Below, one piece after another: positions 1 to 12,207 of a stretch of DNA of 64,000 bases (the first letter of the stretch is position 1; every line of letters begins with the position of its first letter). Source of the stretch: an uncultured Actinomycetes bacterium (GTDB lineage Bacteria > Actinomycetota > UBA4738 > HRBIN12); assembly GCA_963831325.1 (NCBI GenBank), contig CAWHQA010000025.1, positions 79,738 through 143,737 on the forward strand. Reading direction: 5' to 3'. The notes beneath the pieces are model-generated. The model saw nothing but the letters and a program-made list of their open reading frames with translations. It searched no databases and was not told the DNA's origin. Both the position numbers and the translations under genes were made by a program.

Positions 1-1872
1 GGCGAGCGACTCGATCGGCTCGAGGGGCACGCCCTCGGCCGCATCTGCCTGGTGGGCGCCGACGGCACGGAGCTGCGACAGATCACCGACGGACCCAACG
101 ACGACTCCGAGCCTCGGTGGTCGCCCGACGGCACGCGGCTGAGCTTCCGGTCGGATCGTCACGCCAAGGGGCGGCATCAGGTGTTCCTGCTCGACGCCGG
201 GCTGCCGGTGGAAGCCCGACAGCTCACGACCCTTCCCGGGGTGGTCGAGTGGCACCGATGGTCGGCCGACGGCGCCCGCATGCTGGTCGGGCTCGCAGGC
301 ACCTCCGCCGAGCAGGCCGACGCGCTCGGCTCGGGCACGCTCGGCGGGGAGCAGCACGTGCCCGCGTGGGTGCCCGAGGTGGAGTCGTCGGACGATGCGG
401 AGGCCGAACGACGCTCGCTCTGGGTGGTGGATGTCGAGTCCAGCGAGGCGCGCCGCATCTCATCGGAGCTCCGTAACGTCTGGGAGGCGGACTGGCTCGG
501 CGCCGCGCACGCGGTGGCGATCACGTCGGACGGTGCCGGCGAGGACGCGTGGTACGGAGCCGGAGTCAGCACCTTCGACATCGAGAGCGGGGCGGAGCGC
601 CCGCTCGCCACGAGCGAGGTGCAGTTCGGATGGGTGTCGGGCTCTCCCGCCGGCGATCGCGTGGCGCTGATCGAGGCGATCTGCAGTGACCGGGTGGTCG
701 TCTGCGGCGATCTGCGGGTGATCGATGTGGCGAGCGGCTCGATGTCGCCGGTCGACCTCGGTGACGTCGACGCGTCGCGAGCGGTGTGGCTCAACGACGA
801 TCGTCTCCTGGTGTTCGGCCGTCGTGGGCTCAGCTCGCTCGCACTCGAGATATCACTCGCGACGACCGAAGTGCGAGAGCTTTGGGCAACCGACGGATCG
901 GTCGGTGAGCTCTACCACCCCTCCGGCGCTGCCTTCGACGGAGGCGTCGCGGTCGTGACCTCCTCGCACCGCCGGCCTCCGACGATCGTGGTGGTGAGCG
1001 ACGCCGGTGTCGAACGCGAGGTCGCCGTCCCCAGACATGCCGGCCACCAGGTCGTGCTCGATGCCCTCGCCCGCTGTGAGGTCATGCGATGGACGGCGTC
1101 CGACGGGCTCGAGATCGAGGGGCTCATATGGGTGCCTCGGGGCAACGGTCCGTTCCCGCTCGTGCTCGACGTGCACGGCGGCCCGATCGGTAACATCGAC
1201 GACCGCTTCCCCGGCACGCTCGATGCCTTGCTGCTCTCCCGTGGCTTCGCGATCCTGGCGCCGAACCCGCGGGGCTCGACCGGGCACGGCCAGGACTTCG
1301 CCCGCAGGGTCGTCGCCGACATGGGTGGTCTCGACGTCGACGACGTGCTCACAGGGGTCGACGCAGCCGTGGCGGCAGGCGTGGCGGATCCCGATCGACT
1401 CGTGCTGACCGGGGGCAGCTACGGAGGGTTCATGGCGGCGTGGATCCCGACCCGTGATCAGCGCTTCAAGGCGTCGGTCGCGATCTCGCCGGTGACCGAC
1501 TGGTGGTCCGAGCGGTTCGACAGCAGCCTGGGTACGTGGGTGGGCGACTTCCTCGGAGGTGAGCCGCACGAGGTGCCCGAGGAGTACACGGGCAGGAGCC
1601 CCGTGCTGCAGGTGGCGAACGTCACCACGCCCGTCCTGCTGACGTCGGGTCGCCACGATCGAGCGACACCGGTGGGACAAGCCGTCGAGTTCTATCGGGC
1701 GCTGCGCGAGCGCGGCGTGCCGAGTGAGGTCGTGGTGTACCCGCAGGAGGGGCACGGTGTCGGCGAGTACCCGGCGATCGTGGACCTCGCGACGCGCACG
1801 GTCGCATGGTTCGAACGCTTCCTGCCGCCTGCGGGCGAGGGCGCCGACGACGGGTCGGACGACGCAGGGTAG
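1..1872 (+). CDS. S9 family serine peptidase (prolyl oligopeptidase / acylaminoacyl-peptidase-like), 5' partial
   Basis: The frame of ORF 52..1872 stays open back to position 1. The N-terminal part has TolB-like WSPDG repeats. The C-terminal alpha/beta hydrolase part carries the GGSYGG nucleophile motif, then GRHDRATP (Asp) and QEGHGV (His). Confidence 0.8.
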   Translation, partial: GERLDRLEGHALGRICLVGADGTELRQITDGPNDDSEPRWSPDGTRLSFRSDRHAKGRHQVFLLDAGLPVEARQLTTLPGVVEWHRWSADGARMLVGLAGTSAEQADALGSGTLGGEQHVPAWVPEVESSDDAEAERRSLWVVDVESSEARRISSELRNVWEADWLGAAHAVAITSDGAGEDAWYGAGVSTFDIESGAERPLATSEVQFGWVSGSPAGDRVALIEAICSDRVVVCGDLRVIDVASGSMSPVDLGDVDASRAVWLNDDRLLVFGRRGLSSLALEISLATTEVRELWATDGSVGELYHPSGAAFDGGVAVVTSSHRRPPTIVVVSDAGVEREVAVPRHAGHQVVLDALARCEVMRWTASDGLEIEGLIWVPRGNGPFPLVLDVHGGPIGNIDDRFPGTLDALLLSRGFAILAPNPRGSTGHGQDFARRVVADMGGLDVDDVLTGVDAAVAAGVADPDRLVLTGGSYGGFMAAWIPTRDQRFKASVAISPVTDWWSERFDSSLGTWVGDFLGGEPHEVPEEYTGRSPVLQVANVTTPVLLTSGRHDRATPVGQAVEFYRALRERGVPSEVVVYPQEGHGVGEYPAIVDLATRTVAWFERFLPPAGEGADDGSDDAG

Positions 1873-1883
1873 GCTTGCGCGCC

Positions 1884-2171
1884 ATGACGACCCGCGCCGA
1901 GCTCGAGGCCCTGCCCACCAAAGATCTGCACGACCGTGCGATCGCGTTCGCCAAGCGCAGCCTCGATGTCGGCTTCGTCTGGGATCTGCTGAAGGCACTG
2001 CCCGTCGCCGAGGAAGTCGCCGGCGACGACCAGCGCAGCAAGACCGACATCTTCCGACCGCTCGCGCTGTTGAACGATCTTCTGTACGACTCCGACTCGG
2101 GCCAGGTGGGTGAGGCTCTGCGCCCGATGTACGTCGAGTACCTACTCGAGAAGGAAGCCAACGACGCCTGA
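1884..2171 (+). CDS. hypothetical small protein (95 aa)
   Basis: ATG at 1884 lies inside ORF 1806..2171. Amino-acid composition is balanced, unlike the Arg/Pro-rich antisense ORFs. I recognise no family. Confidence 0.4.
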   Translation: MTTRAELEALPTKDLHDRAIAFAKRSLDVGFVWDLLKALPVAEEVAGDDQRSKTDIFRPLALLNDLLYDSDSGQVGEALRPMYVEYLLEKEANDA

Positions 2172-3327
2172 GCGCGAGCTCGTCTCATACCGGGAAGAGT
2201 TCCCGGTGCTCGACCGCAAGACGTACCTGATCAGCGCGTCGCTCGGCCCGATCTCGGATCGCGCGCGCGCGCTGCTCGACGGCTACCTCGACGCCTGGGC
2301 GACGAAAGGCGCACCCGACCACGTCTGGTTCGAGGAGATCTTCCCCGCGATGGCGCGGTTGAAGTCGTCGTTCGCGTCGTTGGCTGGTTGCGATGCGGAC
2401 GAGGTCGCGCTGACGACGAACATCTCGATCGCCCTGTCCACGATCGCGTCGTGCCTGGATCTGTCGGGCGAGCGGCGTCGCATCGTGCTCAGCGAGCTGG
2501 ACTTCCCTACCGACGGGCACGTGTGGATCGCATGGGCGGCGAAGACCGGCGCCGAGATCGTGTGGCTGCGCTCGCCCGACGGCCTCACGATCCCGCTGGA
2601 GGCCTACCACGAGGCGATCGACGAGCGCACCGCCGTGGTCATGGTGAACCGGGTGCTCTACCGGTCGAGCGCGATCGTCGACGCGAAGGCCATCTGCGCG
2701 ATGGCCCGAGAGCGTGGCGCGCTGTCGTTCCTCGACGACTATCACGGGCTCGGGATCGTGCCTCTCGACCTGCATGACCTCGATTGCGACCTATACACGG
2801 CCGGCACGCTCAAGTGGATGTGCGGCGGGCCGGGCATGGTCTTCCTCTACGCTCGGCGATCGCTGCTGCCGTCGCTGGAACCCGCGATCACGGGGTGGTT
2901 CGCGACCGAAGATCCGTTCTCCTTCGACAACCAGCACCTCGCCTACCACCCCACCGCGCAACGGCTGGAGCACGGCACACCCCCCGCGCCCGTGTTCTTC
3001 CTGGCGCAGGGGGGCATCGACATCATCTCGGAGGTCGGGGTCTCGCGGGTCCGCGCGCGACAGGGCGAGCTGACCGACCACGTCATCGCGCGGAGCGACG
3101 AGGCCGGGTTGGAAGTGCGCACGCCCCGCGACCGCTCGATGCGCGGTGGCGTGGTGAACGTACGTGTCGGCGACGACGCCGGCGCGATCTGCCACGAGCT
3201 GTTGGCGCGCGACGTCTGTACCGACTTCCGAGGCGACGGGCTTCGCATCAGCCCCCACTTCTTCAACACGGAAGCCGACATCGACCGCTGCTTCGATGAG
3301 CTTCGTGCTGTGATCGCATCGCGATGA
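2110..3327 (+). CDS. aminotransferase class V-fold PLP-dependent enzyme (kynureninase / cysteine desulfurase-like)
   Basis: 405 aa ORF with an N-terminal REEFPVL..YL motif and a PLP-lysine-type LKWMCGGPG motif. GTG 2110 is the only start upstream of the conserved N-terminus. It overlaps the preceding small ORF by 62 nt, so the start is uncertain. Confidence 0.7.
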   Translation: MRLCARCTSSTYSRRKPTTPERELVSYREEFPVLDRKTYLISASLGPISDRARALLDGYLDAWATKGAPDHVWFEEIFPAMARLKSSFASLAGCDADEVALTTNISIALSTIASCLDLSGERRRIVLSELDFPTDGHVWIAWAAKTGAEIVWLRSPDGLTIPLEAYHEAIDERTAVVMVNRVLYRSSAIVDAKAICAMARERGALSFLDDYHGLGIVPLDLHDLDCDLYTAGTLKWMCGGPGMVFLYARRSLLPSLEPAITGWFATEDPFSFDNQHLAYHPTAQRLEHGTPPAPVFFLAQGGIDIISEVGVSRVRARQGELTDHVIARSDEAGLEVRTPRDRSMRGGVVNVRVGDDAGAICHELLARDVCTDFRGDGLRISPHFFNTEADIDRCFDELRAVIASR

Positions 3328-3364
3328 ACGCACTGGCTCCGGGCATCTTCTAGTCTGAACTGGA

Positions 3365-4393
3365 CTACTTCACGACTTCGCCGGCGCGAACGACGAGTCG
3401 GATGTCGTCGAGGGCGGCAACGTCTCCGAGCGGGCTCTCCCCCACGACCAGCAGATCGGCCGGCGCCCCGACCTCGATCGGGGCTCGCACGAACGTCTCG
3501 AGAACCTGCTCTGTCGTGAGGCCCGCCTGCCGGAGCCACTGCAGCTCGGTCACGTGCACGCCCGACGGGATCGGTCCGTTGCCCAAGTCGGTGCCGTAGA
3601 CGATGTCGCCGTTCGTCCGATGGAACCGGGCGAGGTTGTCCAGGGCGCATCGGAGTTCCGGCGTGTTGCGACCGAAGCCATGGATGTCGAGGGTCGAGAC
3701 CCATCGCATGCGGGCGGCCGCGGCGGACAGGGTGGAGTCGTCCAAGCGCTCGCTCCATGGCGTGTGCGCGAGCTCACCGACGCCGGCGCCCAATGCGCGC
3801 TCGACTTGCCCCCGACCTTGGGCGTGCGCGGTCACGGGCAGGTCGTGCTCGAGCGCGGTATCGCAGATCGCGCTGAGCACAGCGTCGGTCGGGGTCGGCC
3901 CTGCCTCCGCGTTGAGCGAGACCTTGATCGCGACGGCGCCCCGTGCCGCGAGGTCACCGACGGCTGACGCGGCAGAGGCTGGATCGGCCACCTCGAGTCC
4001 TGTCCCCTCGGGCGCCCAGGCTTCCATCGTGGGATAGCCGCCAGGAGCCGTAAGCATTGGACCGACAGCGCGGATCAGCGGCCCGCGGAATCCGGGCAAC
4101 TCCGAAGCCTCCGCCACCGGGAAGATGCGCTCGGCGGGCCAGGCCAGGTCGCGCACGGCCGTCACTCCCCTGCGGACGATCGAGACCGGATCACCGAGCT
4201 CCACGTGCACGTGACGATCTGCCCCTGCCGGCATGAGGAATCCTTCGGCCTCCGTCAGCTCGTCGGTGTCCGACACGGACTGCATCTGGCCGACGTCGAC
4301 GATGACACCGCCCTCACACGCGACCTGTACATCGGGCACGACGCGGCCTGGTCCGAGCCACGCGAGCGGAGCCCGGATGACGAGGCGTCTCAC
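3365..4393 (-). CDS. amidohydrolase family protein
   Basis: This is the C-terminal 342 codons of ORF 3365..5392, starting at GTG 4393. It has the metal-binding HVHV motif after a GFLMPAG strand and later AHAQG and HTP motifs. The rest of the long ORF is antisense to the GMC oxidoreductase. Confidence 0.7.
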   Translation of the reverse strand: MRRLVIRAPLAWLGPGRVVPDVQVACEGGVIVDVGQMQSVSDTDELTEAEGFLMPAGADRHVHVELGDPVSIVRRGVTAVRDLAWPAERIFPVAEASELPGFRGPLIRAVGPMLTAPGGYPTMEAWAPEGTGLEVADPASAASAVGDLAARGAVAIKVSLNAEAGPTPTDAVLSAICDTALEHDLPVTAHAQGRGQVERALGAGVGELAHTPWSERLDDSTLSAAAARMRWVSTLDIHGFGRNTPELRCALDNLARFHRTNGDIVYGTDLGNGPIPSGVHVTELQWLRQAGLTTEQVLETFVRAPIEVGAPADLLVVGESPLGDVAALDDIRLVVRAGEVVK

Positions 4394-4528
4394 GTAGCGA
4401 ACCCTACCCCCGGCGGATGACCACGCCCGTCGCCGCCGGTTGCGTATCGGGCAACCGCGTCGATGCAGCGCGCGGCGAGGTGGTGCATGCTCGCGCCCTA
4501 TCACCACGCGCGCGAGGAGGGACGCACC

Positions 4529-6184
4529 ATGGGCGGGCAGTACGACTTCGTGATCGTCGGAGGCGGCTCGGCCGGCAGCGCGCTCGCGAACCGACTGTCG
4601 TCGGACCCTTCGAACCGTGTGCTCGTGCTCGAGGCCGGACGGCCGGACTACGTCTGGGACGTCTTCATCCATATGCCGGCGGCGCTCGCCTTCCCGATCG
4701 GCAGCCGCTTCTACGACTGGAAGTACGAGAGCGAGCCCGAGCCGTTCATGAACGGCCGCCGTGTCTACCACGCTCGAGGCAAGGTGCTCGGCGGCTCGAG
4801 CAGCATCAACGGCATGATCTTCCAGCGAGGCAACCCGCTCGACTACGAGCGGTGGGCGTCGGACCCCGGCATGGAGACATGGGACTACGCGCACTGCCTT
4901 CCCTATTTCAAGCGCATGGAACGATGCCTCGCGGCCGATCGCACCGATGAGCTCCGGGGGCACGCCGGTCCGCTGGTGCTCGAGCGGGGGCCCGCGACGA
5001 GCCCGTTGTTCGGCGCGTTCTTCGAGGCGGTGCAGCAGGCGGGCTACCAGCTCACCGACGACGTGAACGGCTTCCGGCAGGAAGGCTTCGCCCCGTTCGA
5101 TCGGAACATCCACAACGGACGGAGGCTCTCGGCGGCACGGGCGTATCTGCACCCTGTGACGTCGCGGCCGAACCTCACGGTGGAGACACGGGCGTTCGTG
5201 ACGAAGGTGCTGTTCGACGGCACCAGGGCGACCGGGGTCGAGTACACGCAGGGTCGCAACGGTGCGTCGAAGCGAGCCATGGCGGGCGACGTGGTGCTCT
5301 GCGGCGGTGCGATCAACACTCCGCAGCTGCTGCAGCTCTCGGGGGTCGGCAACGCCACCGACCTGCAAGCGGTGGGAGTCGACGTGGTACACGACCTACC
5401 GGGCGTGGGCGAACACCTGCAGGACCACCTCGAGGTCTACGTGCAGTACGCGTGCACGCAGCCGGTGTCGATCGCGCCCGGGATGAAGATGTGGCGTCGG
5501 CCGTTCATCGGCGCGCAGTGGCTGTTCCTGCGGTCGGGGCTGGGGGCGACGAACCACTTCGAGGCCGGAGGTTTCGCACGCAGCAACGACGACGTGGACT
5601 ACCCGAACCTCATGTTCCACTTCCTGCCGATCGCGATCCGCTATGACGGCTCTTCGCCCTCGGGTGATCACGGGTACCAGGTGCACATCGGTCCGATGTA
5701 CTCCGACGCGCGAGGTTCGATCAAGCTGAAGAGCTCTGATCCGCGTGAGCATCCGGCGCTGCGGTTCAACTACCTCTCGACCGACCAGGACCGGAGGGAA
5801 TGGGTCGAGGCGATCCGCGTCGCTCGGGGCATCTTGACCCAGCCGGCGTTCGACCCGTTCAACGGCGGCGAGACCTCACCGGGGCCGGGCGTCGAAACGG
5901 ACGAGGAGATCCTCGCCTGGGTCGCGAAGGACGCCGAGACCGCTCTGCACCCCTCGTGCACGGCACGTATGGGCATCGACCATATGTCGGTGACCGACCC
6001 TCTCACGATGAAGGTGCACGGCCTCGAGCGGCTGCGCGTGGTCGACGCCTCGGTGATGCCGTACGTCACGAACGGCAACATCTACGCGCCCGTGATGATG
6101 ACCGCGGAGAAGGCTGCCGACCTGATCCTGGGCAACACCCCACTCGAGCCGGAGACGGTGGAGTACTACCGGCACCGCGCGTGA
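4529..6184 (+). CDS. betA: GMC family oxidoreductase, choline dehydrogenase-like
   Basis: ATG 4529 is preceded by GAGGAGGG. The protein has the FAD motif [19 protein letters not shown] and MPAALAFP...[10 protein letters not shown]...[13 protein letters not shown], which closely resembles BetA as I recall it. Confidence 0.8.
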   Translation: MGGQYDFVIVGGGSAGSALANRLSSDPSNRVLVLEAGRPDYVWDVFIHMPAALAFPIGSRFYDWKYESEPEPFMNGRRVYHARGKVLGGSSSINGMIFQRGNPLDYERWASDPGMETWDYAHCLPYFKRMERCLAADRTDELRGHAGPLVLERGPATSPLFGAFFEAVQQAGYQLTDDVNGFRQEGFAPFDRNIHNGRRLSAARAYLHPVTSRPNLTVETRAFVTKVLFDGTRATGVEYTQGRNGASKRAMAGDVVLCGGAINTPQLLQLSGVGNATDLQAVGVDVVHDLPGVGEHLQDHLEVYVQYACTQPVSIAPGMKMWRRPFIGAQWLFLRSGLGATNHFEAGGFARSNDDVDYPNLMFHFLPIAIRYDGSSPSGDHGYQVHIGPMYSDARGSIKLKSSDPREHPALRFNYLSTDQDRREWVEAIRVARGILTQPAFDPFNGGETSPGPGVETDEEILAWVAKDAETALHPSCTARMGIDHMSVTDPLTMKVHGLERLRVVDASVMPYVTNGNIYAPVMMTAEKAADLILGNTPLEPETVEYYRHRA

Positions 6185-6219
6185 GCCGGCATGCTGATCG
6201 ACGGGATCGAGGGGTGGGT

Positions 6220-7333
6220 CTATGCCACCTCGTGGGCCGGGCCCGCTCTATACCGAGCACCTCCCGGGCGGTGCCAGACCAGGTCGCCGTCGTCGGTGCG
6301 TTCGATCGACCACCCGTACTCGTGGACCAGCTTGTGGTGGAACGTGCAGATGAGCGTCAGGTTGTCGAGGTCGGTGGCGCCGCCGCGTGACCACCACTCG
6401 ATGTGATGGGCCTGCGTGAAGCGTCTGGCGTCGCAGCCGGGGAATTGGCACCCGCCGTCGCGGTGGCGGAGCTGGCGCATCATCCAGGCGGTCGGCTCAC
6501 GGGACATGCGCCCGACGCCGGCGACCGACCCATCGGGTTGTTCCACCACCATCTGCACCCGCGCGTTGCACAGCAGCCGCTGTACGGTGGGTGCCTGCGA
6601 TCACCGGACCGCCCTCGATCACGGCGTTGATATCGGCGTCGTAGAGCACGTCGAGGTCGGCGTGCACGACCACGGTCGCGCGGTCTTGGTCTTCATCGTC
6701 CGCCAGGCGCGCCGAGCACAAGGCGAACAGCGCGTCGGCCCTGCGAGCTCCCGCATGGGCGGCCGATTCCTCCCCCGGCGTCACGGGGATGTGCTCGCCG
6801 AGCCGTTCCAGGGCGCGGGCCACGACGGCGCCCTGTGCGGAGGGGAGCTCGGCGTCGAGAACGAACCGGCGCCCGTCATCTGCGTACTGCCATTGCAGCC
6901 AGCGGGTGCGCTCGTCGTGCTCGGCCTGTTCCACCCGCTCCTTCGCGCGAAGATCGGCGGCACGGCGGATGGCGCCAGATGGGACTCCCTGTGCCCACCG
7001 GACGAGCGCGTCCTCGTTGTCGAACTCGGCGAATCTCGCGAGCTCGACGACCTTGTCGATACCGAGCTGTCCATGCCCCAGCGCATCGGCTGTGGCGGGC
7101 AGCCACGAGAACGCCCGGCCTGCATGCAGCCAGCGCTCAGCCTTCCAGCGGGAGACGTCGAGGTTCATCGCGGTCCACTGCGCCATGTCGTTGGCGCCGT
7201 CATCGATCCATGCCTCGCACTTCTCGAGAAGCGCGAGGGTCTCCAGGAGCTCGCGCTGCCGTTCGGCGATCTCGCGATGGAGTGCGCGCACACGTTCGGT
7301 CAGAAGCTCGGTGTCCTGCCGATTCAGTCTCAC
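6220..7333 (-). pseudogene. DUF222 plus HNH endonuclease (13E12-repeat-like) gene, split by one frameshift
   Basis: ORF 6497..7333 is the DUF222-type N-terminal part. ORF 6220..6558 is the HNH part (CQFPGCD...HHIEWWSRGG...CTFHH). The two are contiguous once the frame is shifted near 6575-6585 (IEGGPVIA... then QRLLCNARVQMVVE). Confidence 0.75.
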
Positions 7334-7379
7334 GATGCGATCCCGTTCCGGGGGAGGCCGGGAGTGAACTTCAGAATAC

Positions 7380-7395
7380 TCGAACGTATGTTCGA
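7380..7395. promoter_or_regulatory. LexA (SOS) box TCGAAC-N4-GTTCGA
   Basis: The sequence TCGAACGTATGTTCGA is a perfect match to the mycobacterial/actinobacterial SOS box consensus. It sits about 46 nt upstream of the DUF222-HNH start at 7333. Confidence 0.6.
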
Positions 7396-7449
7396 AGTCA
7401 AGAAGGATTCCGGAAAATCACGTGTCGCGATCCGGCACCGGCTTGAGGG

Positions 7450-9471
<2,022 letters not shown>

Positions 9472-9574
9472 GTCCGAAGTCTAGGACCTGCCGCCGACAT
9501 GCACCCTCGGGCTGACTCGCGGCGCCGCCTATGTCACGATGCAGCAACCGTCCCCTTCCACAAGGAGGTCCGCT

Positions 9575-10108
9575 GTGCGCAAGTTCGTCATCGTTTCGCT
9601 CGCCGCTCTTACCCTGCTTGCGGCGAGTTTCCCGGCTTCCGCGGCAACGAGGCTCCGTGCCTATCGCGGACAGACCTCGGCCGGCACCAGCATCGCCTTC
9701 CTTGTCCGAGTCGCGGACGACGGGCGCATGTCGCTGAAGGAGATGCGTATGCGGGTTCAGATGGTGTGCGATGACGCAAGCACCATCGACTACCGCTCGT
9801 GGTGGGGATTCGGAGGTGTCGGTGTCAGGTTCGAAGGGCGCAATGTCACGCTTGACATCACGTTCCACTCGGAGGCGATGCACATCACCGGAGTATTCCG
9901 TCCGCACACTGCCGACGGGACGTTCAAGAACACGATGGCCACGCTCACCGACAACGAGCAGGCCCAGCTGTGCACCACCGGGGATCTCACTTGGACGGCG
10001 GACAGGGTGGATCGTCATCGCGGCACCCAGCTCGGGTCGCCCCGGGGGGCGGATGTCGTTCATCGGGTGGGCGACGAGGCGGTCCGGCGATCGTCACGGA
10101 TAGGCTAG
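9575..10108 (+). CDS. hypothetical secreted protein
   Basis: GTG 9575 lies 6 nt after AAGGAGG. There is a signal peptide VRKFVIVSLAALTLLAASFPASA. The mature part is beta-rich with two Cys, and I recognise no family. The C-terminal about 30 aa are Arg-rich and may be out of frame. Confidence 0.45.
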   Translation: MRKFVIVSLAALTLLAASFPASAATRLRAYRGQTSAGTSIAFLVRVADDGRMSLKEMRMRVQMVCDDASTIDYRSWWGFGGVGVRFEGRNVTLDITFHSEAMHITGVFRPHTADGTFKNTMATLTDNEQAQLCTTGDLTWTADRVDRHRGTQLGSPRGADVVHRVGDEAVRRSSRIG

Positions 10109-10496
10109 CCCTTTGCCGCTCGCGGTGCGATTGCTCGCACGCGCCGACGATCGGGAGCGGGCAGCCACGCTGCTCGATATCAACTAGCGCGCGGCCGGAT
10201 CCTCCCGACGCCTGCGCCTCTCCTTCGACACCGGCAAAGCTGCGTTCGTGGAGACCTGGGGCGATCCGTCGGACGCGGTCGACTTGCACGCCGAGCTGGG
10301 CCTTGCATGGGAGGCGTACGGCTTCCCGCTGGAATCCGCGCTTGGCCGTGTCGGCGCGGCCAGGTGTCTGGTGAAGCTCGGGCGCACCGGTGAAGCCGGC
10401 GAGCGGTTGGCGCAAGCGCGACTGACCTTCGAGGCGCTGGGTGCGACGCCCTCACCTCGACGATCTCGAAGGGGTGGAGCGCTCATCATGTCCTGA
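10104..10496 (+). pseudogene. possible remnant of a regulator C-terminus (TPR-like helices), with an in-frame TAG
   Basis: One frame reads ...LAVRLLARADDRERAATLLDIN-stop(TAG about 10185)-...ETWGDPSDAVDLHAELGLAWEAYGFPLESALGRVGAARCLVKLGRTGEAGERLAQARLTFEALGA. There is no upstream N-terminal part. Confidence 0.25.
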
Positions 10497-10514
10497 GCCC
10501 GGCCTCGGCAGAGG

Positions 10515-11248
10515 TCACATGCGCCCCGCCGCGACGATGCGTGCCAGGAATCGCCGGGTGCGCTCGTGCTCGGGAGCTTCGAAGATCTGCTCCGGTGGGC
10601 CCTTCTCTGCGATCACCCCCTCGTCGAGGAAGCAGACCCGGCTCGCGATGTCGCGCGCGAAGCTCATCTCGTGCGTCGCGATCAGCATCGTCATGCCGGC
10701 GGCCGCGAGCTCGCGGATCACGTCGAGCACCTCGGCCACGAGCTCGGGGTCGAGCGCGCTCGTGACCTCGTCGAGCAGCATGATGTCGGGCTGCATCGCG
10801 AGCGCGCGCATGATCGCGACGCGCTGCTGCTGTCCGCCCGAGAGCCGGTCCGGGTACTCGTCGGCCTTGTCGGCGAGCCCGAAGCGCTCGAGCAGGTCGC
10901 GTGCCTCGGCTTGCGGCCTGCGCGGCGGGCGTGCCCACGACCTTCGTCGGCGCGAGCGTGATGTTGCGCAGCACGGTCATGTGCGGGAAGAGGTTGAACG
11001 ACTGGAAGACGATGCCGATGCGCCGCCGGATCGCGTTCACGTCGACGCCCGGCGCGGTGATCTCCTCGCCCTCGACGACGATGCGGCCGGCATCGATCGG
11101 TTCGAGCAGGTTGACGCATCGAAGCAGCGTGGACTTGCCCGAACCCGAGGCGCCGATCAGGCAGATCACCTCGTGATCGGCCACCTCGAGGTCGACGCCG
11201 CGCAGCACCTGCGAGGACGTCGAAGGACTTGTGGAGGCCCTCGATCAC
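10515..11248 (-). pseudogene. polar amino-acid ABC transporter ATP-binding protein (GlnQ/ArtP-like), frameshifted
   Basis: The pieces lie in three frames. These are [11 protein letters not shown] (from 11248), then [33 protein letters not shown] (ORF 10486..11208), then MRALAMQPDIMLLDEVTSALDPE...THEMSFAR (ORF 10515..10811). That requires at least 2 shifts. Confidence 0.8.
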
Positions 11249-12160
11249 GGATCGCCGGCCGTTCGCTCACGCGACGCCCCCGGCCTGGCGTCCGGCGCTG
11301 GTCGCGCTTGATGAGCCAGTCCACGAACAGCACCTGCGGGATCGTGATCACGATGTAGACCAGCGCGAGCGACACGTACGGCGTGAAGTTGAAGTTGGCT
11401 GCCGTGCTGATCTGCGCCTGCCGGAGCGCCTCCGTCGACGCCGAGCACGCCGACGAGCGCAGAGTCCTTCTGCAGTCCGATGAAGTCGTTCAGCAGAGGC
11501 GGCAGCACCCGCCTGATCGCCTGGGGCAGCACGACGAAGCGCAGCGCCTGCCCTCGCCGCAACCCCAGCGATCGCGCGGCGGCCGTCTGGCTGGGGTGCA
11601 CGGATTCGATGCCCGGCCCGGTACACCTCCGCCACGTAGGCCGAGTACACGAGCGTGAGCGCGACGATCGCCCAGAACACGTCGCTGTTCGGCACGCCCT
11701 GCAGCTCGAGCGCCGGCATCCCGAACCCGAGGATGAAGATCACGAGGATCGTCGGCACGCCCCGGAACAGGATCGAGTACGACGACGGCGAGCAGCCGCA
11801 GCGGGGCGAAGACGGGCCCGGGAAGGCTCCGCATGACGGCGAGGACCAGGGCGAGCCAGGACGAGGACCTCCGCGATCAGGAAGATCTGCACGTTGAGCC
11901 AGAACCCGTCGAGGATCTTCGGGAAGCGATTCCGCGAAGAGGGCCCCGTCGAAGAACGGCTGCTTGACGCCGCATCGGCGGACCATCCCGGCGAGTTCAC
12001 CACGACGATGCCGACGAGCGCGAAGAAGATCACGCGTGCTCGCGACCGCGACCCAGCGTGCTGCGCGCCCCCTCGCCGCCCCCCAGGATGCGGGAGCCGC
12101 GGTCGCCCGAGAGAGGCTCGGCGTTCGAGGGCCGGGGTCCGCGGCCGGCGCGGGCCCATG
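11245..12160 (-). pseudogene. amino-acid ABC transporter permease (HisM/GlnP family), multiply frameshifted
   Basis: Family-typical pieces are spread over ORFs 11740..12159, 11348..12247 ([18 protein letters not shown]...[14 protein letters not shown]), 11245..11601 ([45 protein letters not shown]) and 11166..11375 ([23 protein letters not shown]). The start is uncertain. Confidence 0.75.
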
Positions 12161-12207
12161 CACCGGCGTGCCGGGCGAGCACACCGATGCGACCCCGGCT
12201 ACGCCGC

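Noticed and set aside
3365-5392. A 675 aa minus-strand ORF that looks like one large protein.
   Set aside because: Only the last 342 codons (3365..4393, from GTG 4393) look like an amidohydrolase. The upstream two-thirds is Arg/His/Pro-rich and lies antisense to the clearly homologous BetA-like gene at 4529..6184.
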